Shown here piece after piece: positions 35,699 to 44,093 of a stretch of 44,093 bases of DNA. The position numbers and the translations under genes are program-made. The notes beneath the pieces were generated by a model that had not been told where the DNA came from, made no database searches, and worked only from the letters and a program-made list of their open reading frames with translations. How positions within the stretch are numbered: position 1 is the stretch's first letter; every line of letters starts with the position of its first letter. The stretch lies in the sequence record SRR2962707_2090; one strand, 5' to 3'.

Positions 35699-38182
35699 TT
35701 GAACCGATTTCGCTTACGGGCGGCGGCCTATGCCATCGTCATTCTGCTCGGTGTGCTCGCCGCACTGCCGAGTATCCTGCCACCGGCATCGTTGCAACGG
35801 GCGCCGGAATGGTACCGCCAACACCATCTGTCCCTGGGGCTGGATCTCCAGGGCGGCTCCCATGTGCTGCTGAAAGTCGAACAAGGACCACTGCTGGCGG
35901 AGAAAACCCGCAAGATCGCACAGGAGCTGGGTCAGCGCCTGGACCGCAACGGCATTCAACACGGCCGCCCGGTGGTCGATGGCGATCAAGTGCGCCTGGC
36001 CATCCGCCCGGCTGCCGCCATGGAAGCTGCCCTGCGGCTTGCCTCGGACATCCGGGATGATCAGGGCCGCCGCCAGCTCTCCGTCACCCACGACGGTCCG
36101 TCCCTGGTATTGCGGCCCTCTTCCAGTTTGTCGCAACAAGTGATCAGCGATGCGGTGGAACGCAGCCTGGATGTGGTGCGCCGCCGTATTGATGAAACCG
36201 GCGTGGTGGAACCCCGTGTCACCCGCCAGGGCAACGATGCCATTCTGGTGCAACTGCCCGGCGTCACCGATCCGGAGCGCATCACCGCCCTGCTTGGCCG
36301 CACCGCGCGATTGACCTTCCATCTGATCGCCGATGGCAGCAGCCCGGACCGTTCCCTGGTACTGCCCGGCGCGGAAGACGGCCGGCGTTACCAGGTCGAA
36401 TCCACGCCGTTACTGGACGGCGGCCAGTTGGCCGACGCCCGTCTGGGCTTCGACAGCCGCACCCATCAGCCGGTGGTGAATTTCACTCTGGACAGCGACG
36501 GTGCCCGCCTGTTCGGCGACATCACTACCCACAATGTGGGCCGGCCCTTCGCGGTGGTGCTGGACGGCGAGGTCATCACCGCGCCGGTGATCCGTACCCC
36601 GATCACCGCTGGCCGCGGCGAGATCAGCGGCAACTTTACCCCGCGGCAGGCCGGAGACCTGGCCATGTTGTTACGCGCCGGCTCCTTGCCCGCCCCGCTG
36701 CAAGTGGTGGAACAGCGAACGGTGGGCGCGGAACTCGGCGGTGACACCATTCGCATGGGCGTGCTCAGCGGTGCCCTCGGCGCGGCCCTGGTGCTGGTGT
36801 TCATGATCTCGATCTACCGCCGCTGGGGCGTGATCGCCAATACCGCTCTGGCCATCAATGTTCTGTTGGTACTGGGTTTGCTGGCCAGTTTCGGCGCGAC
36901 ACTGACACTGCCGGGCATCGCCGGTCTGATTCTTGGCGTCGGCATGGCGGTGGACGCCAATATTCTGATCAATGAACGTATCCGCGAGGAAGCGGAGAAA
37001 GGCAAGAATGCCATGGCGGCGCTGCGCGCCGGCTTCCAGCGTGCCTTTGCCACCATCGTCGACGCCAACATCACCACGCTGATCGCCGTGGGCCTGTTGT
37101 TCGGGTTTGGCAGCGGTCCGGTGCGCGGCTTCGCCGTGACCATGGCGGTGGGGCTGCTGGTCTCCATGTTCACCTCGGTGTCGGTGACCCGGTTACTGAT
37201 GGAATGGCGGCTGCGACGGCGGCAGCGGCAACCGCTGGCCCTGCCAGAGGTACCCGGGTTTCAGCGGCTGCGGCAACGGCAACGGCCGATCCAGTTCATG
37301 CGCGTGAAGGCGTTGGGCATCGTGCTGTCGGTGCTGTTGTCGGTCCTGTCCCTGGGCTCACTGGCCTGGCCGGGATTGAACCAGGGCATCGATTTCCTCG
37401 GCGGCACCGCCATGGAAGTTCAGGTGCCGGCGTCGCTGTCGGAGAACGCTCTGCGGCAGGCATTGCGGGACGCCGGCCTCACCGACGCGGCGTTGCAGCC
37501 GTTCGCCGATGACGGCCACTTCCTGGTGCGGATGCCCGCCAGCGAGAACGGCAACGCGGCGGTCGAAACAGCGAAGACGGCGATCACCGGTCTGCACGCC
37601 GACAGCCGTTTCCCACGGGTGGATATGGTCGGTCCGGCGGTCAGCGGCGGCTTCGTTGAAGCCAGTATTCTGGCGGTGCTGCTGGCCGGGGCGGGCATGT
37701 TCGCCTACCTGCGGCTGCGCTTCGAACGGCATTTCGCCTGGGCGGCACTGATTACCCTGCTGCTGGATGTGAGCAAGACACTGGGGTTCTTCGTGCTCAC
37801 CGGCGTGGAATTCAATCTCACCGCCATCGCCGCCTTGCTGACGCTGATCGGTTACTCGGTGAACGACAAAGTGGTGGTCTTCGATCGTATCCGTGAAAAC
37901 CAGAAGCTCAATCCGGATCAGCCGTTGGAGACACTGATCAACGTCAGTCTGACCCAGGTGCTGACCCGCACTTTGTTCACCTCCGCCACCACCTTCCTGG
38001 CCCTGCTGCCGATGGGGTTGCTGGGCGGCGGAGCGGTGGCCAGCTTCGCCCTGCCGGTGCTGTTCGGCATTGTTGTCGGCACCACCTCGTCCATGTACAT
38101 CGCCGCGCCCATGGCCCTGTTCCTGGCGCGCTGGCGGCCGACGCAACGGGCAGACACGGAGGCGCTGGCGGAACGGCCCTGA
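35699..38182 (+). CDS. secDF: Fused protein-translocase subunit SecDF
   Basis: LGLDLQGG, VQLPG, LRAGSLPAPL, TLPGIAG..GMAVDANILINERI, GIDFLGG, GYSVNDKVVVFDRIRE, RTLFTS. Confidence 0.95.
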   Translation: MNRFRLRAAAYAIVILLGVLAALPSILPPASLQRAPEWYRQHHLSLGLDLQGGSHVLLKVEQGPLLAEKTRKIAQELGQRLDRNGIQHGRPVVDGDQVRLAIRPAAAMEAALRLASDIRDDQGRRQLSVTHDGPSLVLRPSSSLSQQVISDAVERSLDVVRRRIDETGVVEPRVTRQGNDAILVQLPGVTDPERITALLGRTARLTFHLIADGSSPDRSLVLPGAEDGRRYQVESTPLLDGGQLADARLGFDSRTHQPVVNFTLDSDGARLFGDITTHNVGRPFAVVLDGEVITAPVIRTPITAGRGEISGNFTPRQAGDLAMLLRAGSLPAPLQVVEQRTVGAELGGDTIRMGVLSGALGAALVLVFMISIYRRWGVIANTALAINVLLVLGLLASFGATLTLPGIAGLILGVGMAVDANILINERIREEAEKGKNAMAALRAGFQRAFATIVDANITTLIAVGLLFGFGSGPVRGFAVTMAVGLLVSMFTSVSVTRLLMEWRLRRRQRQPLALPEVPGFQRLRQRQRPIQFMRVKALGIVLSVLLSVLSLGSLAWPGLNQGIDFLGGTAMEVQVPASLSENALRQALRDAGLTDAALQPFADDGHFLVRMPASENGNAAVETAKTAITGLHADSRFPRVDMVGPAVSGGFVEASILAVLLAGAGMFAYLRLRFERHFAWAALITLLLDVSKTLGFFVLTGVEFNLTAIAALLTLIGYSVNDKVVVFDRIRENQKLNPDQPLETLINVSLTQVLTRTLFTSATTFLALLPMGLLGGGAVASFALPVLFGIVVGTTSSMYIAAPMALFLARWRPTQRADTEALAERP

Positions 38183-38235
38183 GCCCCTCGCGGTTCGAGG
38201 ATCAGTGGTGTGCCGGAATTCACAGGCACGCTCCA

Positions 38236-38304
38236 TTCGCGGCCAAGGCCGCTTCCCACGGAAGGCACTACCAAGCCGCTGCGGGAAGCTGCTTTAGCAG
38301 CGAA
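38236..38304. repeat. Inverted REP pair between convergent genes
   Basis: TTCGCGGCCAAGGCCGCTTCCCAC and GCGGGAAGCTGCTTTAGCAGCGAA are imperfect inverted copies, each with an internal hairpin. Confidence 0.65.
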
Positions 38305-38350
38305 GGCGGCGGTGGGCTTGCCCACCGACCGCCACGTTGGCGCCCCACTC

Positions 38351-38614
38351 TCAACCGTGACTCTTCCGCAACGCTTCCACCTTGCTGATGTAGTTTTGCC
38401 GCGCGGTGTCCTGGTCCATGCCCTTGAGCTTGGCCCAGGCGTCGTACTTGGCGCGCCCCACCATGTCCAGCATGCCGGGCCGCTTGCCGGTCACGTCACC
38501 GACACTGCCCTGCTTGAAATGGGCGTACAGATACAACAGGTCATCGTTGCCCGGCTTGCGTGACAGGGTCTGTACGTCCTTCCGGGCCTGTTCAAATTGC
38601 TCTTCATACGCCAT
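38351..38614 (-). CDS. Acyl-CoA-binding protein (ACBP)
   Basis: LLYLYAHFKQGSVGD..RPGMLD..GRAKYDAW..KGM. Confidence 0.92.
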   Translation of the reverse strand: MAYEEQFEQARKDVQTLSRKPGNDDLLYLYAHFKQGSVGDVTGKRPGMLDMVGRAKYDAWAKLKGMDQDTARQNYISKVEALRKSHG

Positions 38615-38770
38615 TATTCGTACCTTCAGGTTGTGTTACCCATTTATCATTAGTCCGTTGCCCGGCGCGCTATCATGCCCCGGTTCGGCAAATAGTGTCC
38701 GCACCCACAAACGGAAGCAACCGGGCAGCGACCACATAATAAGCAGCAACGTCAAAGAACGGGGGACTCC

Positions 38771-40006
38771 ATGGCCACTGACAGCACCCAGACGCGACCT
38801 CTGGAAGCGGAACAGGAACGCGCTCTGAAGCGCGCGTTAAGCACGCTCTGGGTACGTTTTCCCGGATCCCTGGAAGACGACTACATCGTCTACGCGGAGC
38901 GTCGCGCCACCCAGTTGATCCGGCGCTCGGTGTACATCCTGCTGGCGATTTTCCTGATCGTGGTGGTGCCGGTATCGCTGCTGGTGAAGGACCCTTCGCT
39001 GGGCCGCTGGCAGGCGCTCGGCGTTTATCCCATTGCCTGCTCATTGGCGTTGCTGCTGGCGGCCATCCATGTTCGCGCGGTACAGCCGCTGGTGGCGACG
39101 CTGATCGGGCTAGCACTGATGATCTCGTTGACCGGCACCCTGATCGGCGCGATCCATTTGCAGGATCATTTCCTCGGCCAGGTGGCGGCGTTTGAAACGG
39201 TCTACGTACTGATCATCGGCTTCTCCATTTTGCGGCTGCCTCCCACCCGTACCCTGTTCTGGTCCCTCGGCGCCCTGATCATCGCCCTGGGCGTGGCGCT
39301 TTATCAGGATTGGCGCATCACGCCGATCTCATTGCTGCTGTACTACGGCTTCCCGCTGCTGGTGTGCGCCCTGAACGGCTACATGCTCGATGCCAGCGCC
39401 CGCAGCAACTTCGCCAACATGCTGCTGCGCAACGCCGAATCACAACGGCTGCGGCGCTGGCGCGACAATGCCGACCGGGAAGCCCGGCGGCAGCGTCTGC
39501 TGAATGAATTCACCGCCCACATTGCCGGCAATCCGCGTGTCACCGAATTGCTCGACAAGACACTGGCGTTTCTGATCGAGAACACCCCGGCGGTAGCGGG
39601 TGCCGGCTACCGGCTGGAGGAAGACGGCCTGCACCTGGAAGCGGCGCGCGGCCTCGGCCAGGCGGCGCGGGAACAGTCCCATATTGAAAGCGACGGTTTC
39701 CTCGCCTCGGCCCTGGAGATTCAGGGCGCCTCGGTGCGCCACGAGGTGCCCGGCGGCTACATGGATCTGGAAACCGGCCACAGCCAGATTCGCCCCGGCG
39801 AGGTGCTGTTCCTGCCGATCCGGCAGGGCGAACACACGCTTGGCATCCTGGAGCTGGCATCTCTTGAGCCGTTCGACGAACACGTTCGTTCCGCCTGTGA
39901 CGCCATTGCCACGCCACTGGGTTACGCCATGATCGCGGCCCTCGGCCGGGAGTCCTTCATCCGCCGCGCCAGAGAGAAACAACAGCAGCAAAGCACGGTG
40001 ACATAA
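38771..40006 (+). CDS. Multi-TM membrane protein with C-terminal GAF domain and no output domain
   Basis: About 6 hydrophobic helices, charged linker, GAF-like LFLPIRQGEHTLGILELASLEPF, stop soon after. Confidence 0.75.
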   Translation: MATDSTQTRPLEAEQERALKRALSTLWVRFPGSLEDDYIVYAERRATQLIRRSVYILLAIFLIVVVPVSLLVKDPSLGRWQALGVYPIACSLALLLAAIHVRAVQPLVATLIGLALMISLTGTLIGAIHLQDHFLGQVAAFETVYVLIIGFSILRLPPTRTLFWSLGALIIALGVALYQDWRITPISLLLYYGFPLLVCALNGYMLDASARSNFANMLLRNAESQRLRRWRDNADREARRQRLLNEFTAHIAGNPRVTELLDKTLAFLIENTPAVAGAGYRLEEDGLHLEAARGLGQAAREQSHIESDGFLASALEIQGASVRHEVPGGYMDLETGHSQIRPGEVLFLPIRQGEHTLGILELASLEPFDEHVRSACDAIATPLGYAMIAALGRESFIRRAREKQQQQSTVT

Positions 40007-40021
40007 GAGCTTCATTTTCGC

Positions 40022-40040
40022 ATTGATAAGCATTATCAAT
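40022..40040. promoter_or_regulatory. Fur box upstream of TonB-dependent receptor
   Basis: ATTGATAA-GCA-TTATCAAT dyad; TGATAAGCATTATC is one mismatch from the Fur core. Confidence 0.8.
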
Positions 40041-40087
40041 ACCCCTATCCTCCCCGGCGAATTACAATTCCAATCCGGGGAGTCTCA

Positions 40088-42304
40088 ATGTCACGTGCGA
40101 ATACCTTCAAAGGCTTTGTGGTCCTGTCTCCGTTACTGCTGACCGTGACCGCCGCCGGCCATGCCGAGAACCGTCTCGACAGCGTGGTGGTCACCGGCTC
40201 CCGGGCGCCGACACAAATCAGCCAGGTGCCCGGCAGTATCCATGTGGTTTATCAGGAACAGATCGAAGAGCAGGTCCGTTCCGGCAAATCGCTCAAGGAA
40301 GCCCTGGGCACACTGATACCAAGCATGGATGTGGGCCCGCAGGGCCGTACCAACTATGGCCAGAACATGCGCGGCCGCTCGGTGCTGGTGATGATTGACG
40401 GCGTGTCGCTGAACTCTTCCCGGGGACTGAGCCGCCAGTTCGACAGCATTGATCCGTTCAACATCCAGCGCATCGAGGTGCTCTCCGGCGCCTCCGCGAT
40501 TTATGGCGGCGGCGCCACCGGCGGCATCGTCAACATCATCACCAAGAAGGGCCAGAGCGGGCCGGCCGGCTATGAAACCGAACTGGGCGTGACCAGCGGC
40601 TTCAACAACAGCGACGACCGCGATCTGCGCGCCGCCCAGTCCGTTTCCGGCGGCAACGACACCCTGCATGGCCGCCTTGGCGTGGCGGTGCAGAAGAACG
40701 GCAGCTTTTACGATGGCAACGGTGATGCCGTATTGCCCGACATCAGCCAGACCGATCTGCAGGAAAACCGCAGCGTGGATCTGCTCGGCTCGCTGGAGTG
40801 GAATCCGGATGAAAACCAGAACCTGCAGCTGCTTGGTCAGTTCTACGATTCCGGTTACGACGGTAACAAGGGACTGTATCTGGGCGAAAACCTGTCGGCG
40901 GTGACCGGCGCCGATCCGGAAGCGTTCGACGTGCGCTCCGGTTTCAGCTCCGACCGGGAACCGGCCACGCGACGCTACCAGCTCAGCGCCAATTACCGCC
41001 ATGGCGACGTGCTCGGCCAGACCCTGTATCTGCAGGCCTTCACCCGCAGCGAAACCATGGATTTCCACCCCTTCCCTTATCTGGACCGGGCCAGCGACCC
41101 GAACGCCCCCACCGGGTACTATTCAGCATCCCGGCAAAGCACTGACCTGGCCGGGCTCAAGGCCATGCTGGTGAAGGACTGGAACCGGTTCCGGGTCTCC
41201 TACGGCGTGGACTACGACCGCGAAACCTTCGACTCCGACCAAATGCTGTTCGACTTCCAGCGGGTGCTGGACAGCGGTGGCCTCGATCTGGACCGGGTCA
41301 ACAAACTGGGCCGCTATCCGGATTATCAGGTGGACAGCCTGGCCGCCTTCGTTCAGGCCGACTGGCAGATCACCGACACGCTTCGCTTCAGCAGCGGGCT
41401 GCGCCATCAACGCATGGATGTGGAGGTGGACGACTTCATCGCCGTGGCTCAGCAGGTCAAAATCGCACGCGGCCAATTAAGTGGCGCCGACGCCATCCCC
41501 GGCGGCAGCAATGACTACCACGCCACCCTGTTCAATGCCGGCTTTATCCAGGAACTGAACAATGGTCACCAGTTCTGGATCAACTACAGCCAGGGCTTCG
41601 AACTGGCCGACCCGGCCAAGTACTACGGCCGGGGCAGCTACGACGAGAGCAGCGGCTACGCGGTGCTGCGGGAAGGCATCGACGTGGACGGCCAGCCCAT
41701 GGATGCGATCAAGACCGAGCAGGTGGAATTGGGCTGGCGCGGCTACGGCGAACGCTGGAATGCACAGAGCGCGGTTTACTACAGCTGGTCGGACAAGACG
41801 CTGCAGATCAACAGCGGCGATCTGTCGGTGGACGTGGAAGACGACAAGAAGCGCAACTACGGCATCGAAGCTCAGTTGGATTACTCTCTCACCGACCAGT
41901 GGAGCCTCGGCGGTAACGCCCATATTGTCCGTTCTGAAGAAAAGAACGACGGGGAATGGGACCCGCAGTTGGCCACCACCGCCAGCCTGTCAAAAGCCAC
42001 CGCCTACCTCGGCTGGCAGCAGCGCGGCACCCGCGCCCGTGTGCAGAGCACCTATGTCCACGATCTGGACGACGACTACGACAATGAAATCGACGGCTAC
42101 ACCCTGGTGGATGTGATGGTCAGCCAGCGCCTGCCGGTGGGCACCGTGTCCGTGGGCGTCCAGAACCTGTTCGATCGCGACTACGGCACCATCTGGGGCC
42201 AGCGGGCGCAACTGTTCTACGGCGGTTACTACGGCCCTGACGCCATGTTCGATCAGCGTGGCCGGGGGCGGACCTACACCCTCTCCTACTCCGTCAAGTA
42301 CTGA
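40088..42304 (+). CDS. TonB-dependent siderophore receptor, IutA/RhtA-like
   Basis: TonB box DSVVVTG, RTNYGQNMRGR, NSSR..SRQFDSIDPFNI, YGGGATGGIVNIITKK, GRGRTYTLSYSVKY. Confidence 0.88.
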   Translation: MSRANTFKGFVVLSPLLLTVTAAGHAENRLDSVVVTGSRAPTQISQVPGSIHVVYQEQIEEQVRSGKSLKEALGTLIPSMDVGPQGRTNYGQNMRGRSVLVMIDGVSLNSSRGLSRQFDSIDPFNIQRIEVLSGASAIYGGGATGGIVNIITKKGQSGPAGYETELGVTSGFNNSDDRDLRAAQSVSGGNDTLHGRLGVAVQKNGSFYDGNGDAVLPDISQTDLQENRSVDLLGSLEWNPDENQNLQLLGQFYDSGYDGNKGLYLGENLSAVTGADPEAFDVRSGFSSDREPATRRYQLSANYRHGDVLGQTLYLQAFTRSETMDFHPFPYLDRASDPNAPTGYYSASRQSTDLAGLKAMLVKDWNRFRVSYGVDYDRETFDSDQMLFDFQRVLDSGGLDLDRVNKLGRYPDYQVDSLAAFVQADWQITDTLRFSSGLRHQRMDVEVDDFIAVAQQVKIARGQLSGADAIPGGSNDYHATLFNAGFIQELNNGHQFWINYSQGFELADPAKYYGRGSYDESSGYAVLREGIDVDGQPMDAIKTEQVELGWRGYGERWNAQSAVYYSWSDKTLQINSGDLSVDVEDDKKRNYGIEAQLDYSLTDQWSLGGNAHIVRSEEKNDGEWDPQLATTASLSKATAYLGWQQRGTRARVQSTYVHDLDDDYDNEIDGYTLVDVMVSQRLPVGTVSVGVQNLFDRDYGTIWGQRAQLFYGGYYGPDAMFDQRGRGRTYTLSYSVKY

Positions 42305-42350
42305 GCACCGTGGCCCTTTTATTTGAGATGACGTTCTAACACACCTACAC

Positions 42351-42449
42351 GCTACGAAGCCGCTGTAGGAGTTTGCCTTGCAAACGAAATTTCTGGGACC
42401 CGAAAGCCCGATTCGCTTGCAGGGCAAGGCCCTACAGCGGCCTTGTAGC
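42351..42449. repeat. GTAG-type REP doublet (REPIN-like long hairpin)
   Basis: GCTGTAGGAGTTTGCCTTGCAAACGAA ... TTCGCTTGCAGGGCAAGGCCCTACAGC with flanking GCTAC/GTAGC arms. Confidence 0.75.
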
Positions 42450-42495
42450 AATCTCTGAATTCATGTCCCTGGGGTCTGTCCGAGCGCGAGTTTTT

Positions 42496-43137
42496 TCACG
42501 GATGTTGCCGGCGGCGCTTGAGCGGCGCCGACAGCCTTTCCGGATGGCGTGGCTCGACGTCGTCCAGCAAGGCGTAGATCGCTTCCAGATCCTTCTCCAC
42601 ATCGCCGGTGGGCCAGAACGCGTCCAGAATCCGCGCTTCCTTGCGGCGATAGCAGAACGTCACCACGATGATCGGCAATTTCAGCGCCAGCGCGATCCGA
42701 TAGAAACCGGTCTTCCATTCCCGCGCCCCGGTGCGGGTGCCTTCCGGCGTGATACCAAGCCAGAACGGATCGCCGGCCGCCAATACTCTTTGCGTTTCCT
42801 CCACCAGCCCGCCGGCGCGGCCCCGATGCACGGGGATGCCGCCGAGCGCCTTGAGCAGTACGCCGGTGGGCCCCCGGAACAAGGTGTGCTTGGCCATGAA
42901 ACGAATGTCCAGGCGCAGGCTCTGGATCGCGCTGATGCCCACCAGCCCGTCGTAATTGGAAGTGTGCGGAGCGGCAATCATCACCGCCCGTGGAATATCG
43001 GGCAAACGCCCCACCACTTTCCAGCCGATGGCGCGCAGAATCCAGCGGCCCAGCAACGCCATCGGCGCACTGCCGCGGCGCGGCACCCGTGCTCCCAGGT
43101 CCGCCGGATGCAGAGGAGGCAGCTCAAGCCCACTCAT
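42496..43137 (-). CDS. PlsC-like lysophospholipid acyltransferase
   Basis: APHTSNYD (HxxxxD), TPEGTR, WKTGFY; ATG 43137 just after the upstream stop. Confidence 0.88.
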   Translation of the reverse strand: MSGLELPPLHPADLGARVPRRGSAPMALLGRWILRAIGWKVVGRLPDIPRAVMIAAPHTSNYDGLVGISAIQSLRLDIRFMAKHTLFRGPTGVLLKALGGIPVHRGRAGGLVEETQRVLAAGDPFWLGITPEGTRTGAREWKTGFYRIALALKLPIIVVTFCYRRKEARILDAFWPTGDVEKDLEAIYALLDDVEPRHPERLSAPLKRRRQHP

Positions 43138-43141
43138 CGAA

Positions 43142-43936
43142 TCAGCCAAACACCACGATGGTCTGGCGACTGAACGCCACTGGACGCCCTTCGCCATCCC
43201 AGATCACCGAGCGATTCTGGCCGTAGCCGTCGGCGAAGCTGTCGGTATGCACGGTGTACAACCAGTGATCGGTCCACGGCAGCTCGGCCGGATCCTCCAA
43301 AAATTCCATGATCCAGGTCATGGAGCTGGACGGCGCCCGTTTGGTCAGCATCGGAATCACCGACGGCGGCCAGACATCCACCAAACAAGCAAGACTGGCG
43401 GCATCCTGGCGCTCCGGGCGTTCACGGAAGCTCATATAACCTTCGAAGTCCGGCTTGTCGCTGCCGGAGTACGGGAACTGGCCGGCCACCGGGCGCATCT
43501 CGAATTCGCGCAGAAAATCCGGGGAGACGCCCTCCATGAACGGGATGGCGTGGTACTCCTCGGCGGGTTTCCAATCCGGCGCCGCCGGTCCCGGGACCCG
43601 GATGGAAGATTCACGGGCATGGCCCAGGCTGGCCAGCATGGTGCTCACCACCTGCCCTTCCTGACGGGCGGTGACCTGCATCTGGGTCACGGATTTGCCG
43701 CTGCGCAGGATTTCCGCGCTCAGCGCCAGCGGCCCCGGAACGGCGGGACCGACAAAAGTCAGGGCAAAAGAACGTAAAGGCGGCGGCTCCGGCAGTTCCC
43801 GAGCCAGATACGCCTGCATGTGACGGATCAGAATGGCGCCCATCAAACCACCAAAAGTGGCGCGGCCCTGCCCCCAACCTTCGGGCAGAATCATTTCATT
43901 GGCTTCGGCCGCAACCATAATGGAATCAAATTTCAT
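43142..43936 (-). CDS. TesB-like double-hotdog acyl-CoA thioesterase
   Basis: WGQGRATFGG, LRSGKSVT, DVWPP, SSMTW, SRQTIVVFG. Confidence 0.88.
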   Translation of the reverse strand: MKFDSIMVAAEANEMILPEGWGQGRATFGGLMGAILIRHMQAYLARELPEPPPLRSFALTFVGPAVPGPLALSAEILRSGKSVTQMQVTARQEGQVVSTMLASLGHARESSIRVPGPAAPDWKPAEEYHAIPFMEGVSPDFLREFEMRPVAGQFPYSGSDKPDFEGYMSFRERPERQDAASLACLVDVWPPSVIPMLTKRAPSSSMTWIMEFLEDPAELPWTDHWLYTVHTDSFADGYGQNRSVIWDGEGRPVAFSRQTIVVFG

Positions 43937-44065
43937 ATTTCGCTCCCTCCGAAAGCGGCTATTGATAGCAGAGGGCGTGTTCCAGGGAAAGGGCCGAAAC
44001 GATCACACTGCGGGATGCGTGGTCAATCAGGCTAATAGCGACATGGAAAGGACTAAGGAATTGCT

Positions 44066-44088
44066 GTGGGAGCCAGCCTGCTGGCGAA
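44066..44088 (+). repeat. GTGG-type REP unit (partner may lie beyond window)
   Basis: GTGGGAGCCAGCCTGCTGGCGAA: GTRGGA head, GCCAGC/GCTGGC stem, CGAA tail like the other REPs. Confidence 0.6.
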
Positions 44089-44093
44089 TGTGG

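Noticed and set aside
37210-37290. RRRQRQP / RQRQRP repeat inside secDF as a frameshift or fusion scar
   Set aside because: Frame is intact; it is the basic linker between the SecD and SecF halves
1-44093. CRISPR array, prophage, IS, rRNA/tRNA or defence system
   Set aside because: No repeat-spacer periodicity, RNA-gene signature or relevant protein motifs recognised

Overview
GC-rich proteobacterial chromosome segment; the gene content (acnB, IutA-like receptor, MtfA, GTRG-type REPs) suggests a gammaproteobacterium, possibly marine, but the taxon is inferred only. It starts at the acnB 3' end, followed by a YebQ-like MFS, a TetR/PaaI thioesterase pair and a LysR/Tat-sulfatase pair. From about 5.9 to 27.6 kb lies a catabolic cluster built around a GcvA-type LysR. 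Its left operon (-) encodes an MmgE/PrpD-family protein, two single-hotdog MaoC proteins flanking an acyl-CoA dehydrogenase, a family III CoA-transferase, Mcl1-like and Mcl2-like CitE proteins, an atypical SDR and a TRAP transporter. This resembles the lower ethylmalonyl-CoA/methylaspartate reactions repackaged for C5-dicarboxylate (methylsuccinate/mesaconate) catabolism. Its right operon (+) encodes a heteromeric ACAD pair, a crotonase, an ADP-forming acyl-CoA synthetase, a thiolase-fold protein lacking the nucleophile Cys plus a DUF35 partner, and a second YebQ-like MFS. A shared 26-bp motif (TAAC-N5-GTTAA-N7-TTAAY) sits upstream of both operons and of a downstream porin. Further right are a lipoprotein hydrolase with a CRP-type box, a GT4/deacetylase/flippase triad, MtfA, EamA, and a fused secDF preceded by a RAPP-motif leader ORF whose 3' end can pair with the secDF Shine-Dalgarno (probable translation-arrest peptide). 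The window ends with an ACBP, a TM+GAF protein with no output domain, a Fur-boxed IutA-like receptor, REP elements, an acyltransferase and a thioesterase. All family assignments come from motif recognition, with no database search.
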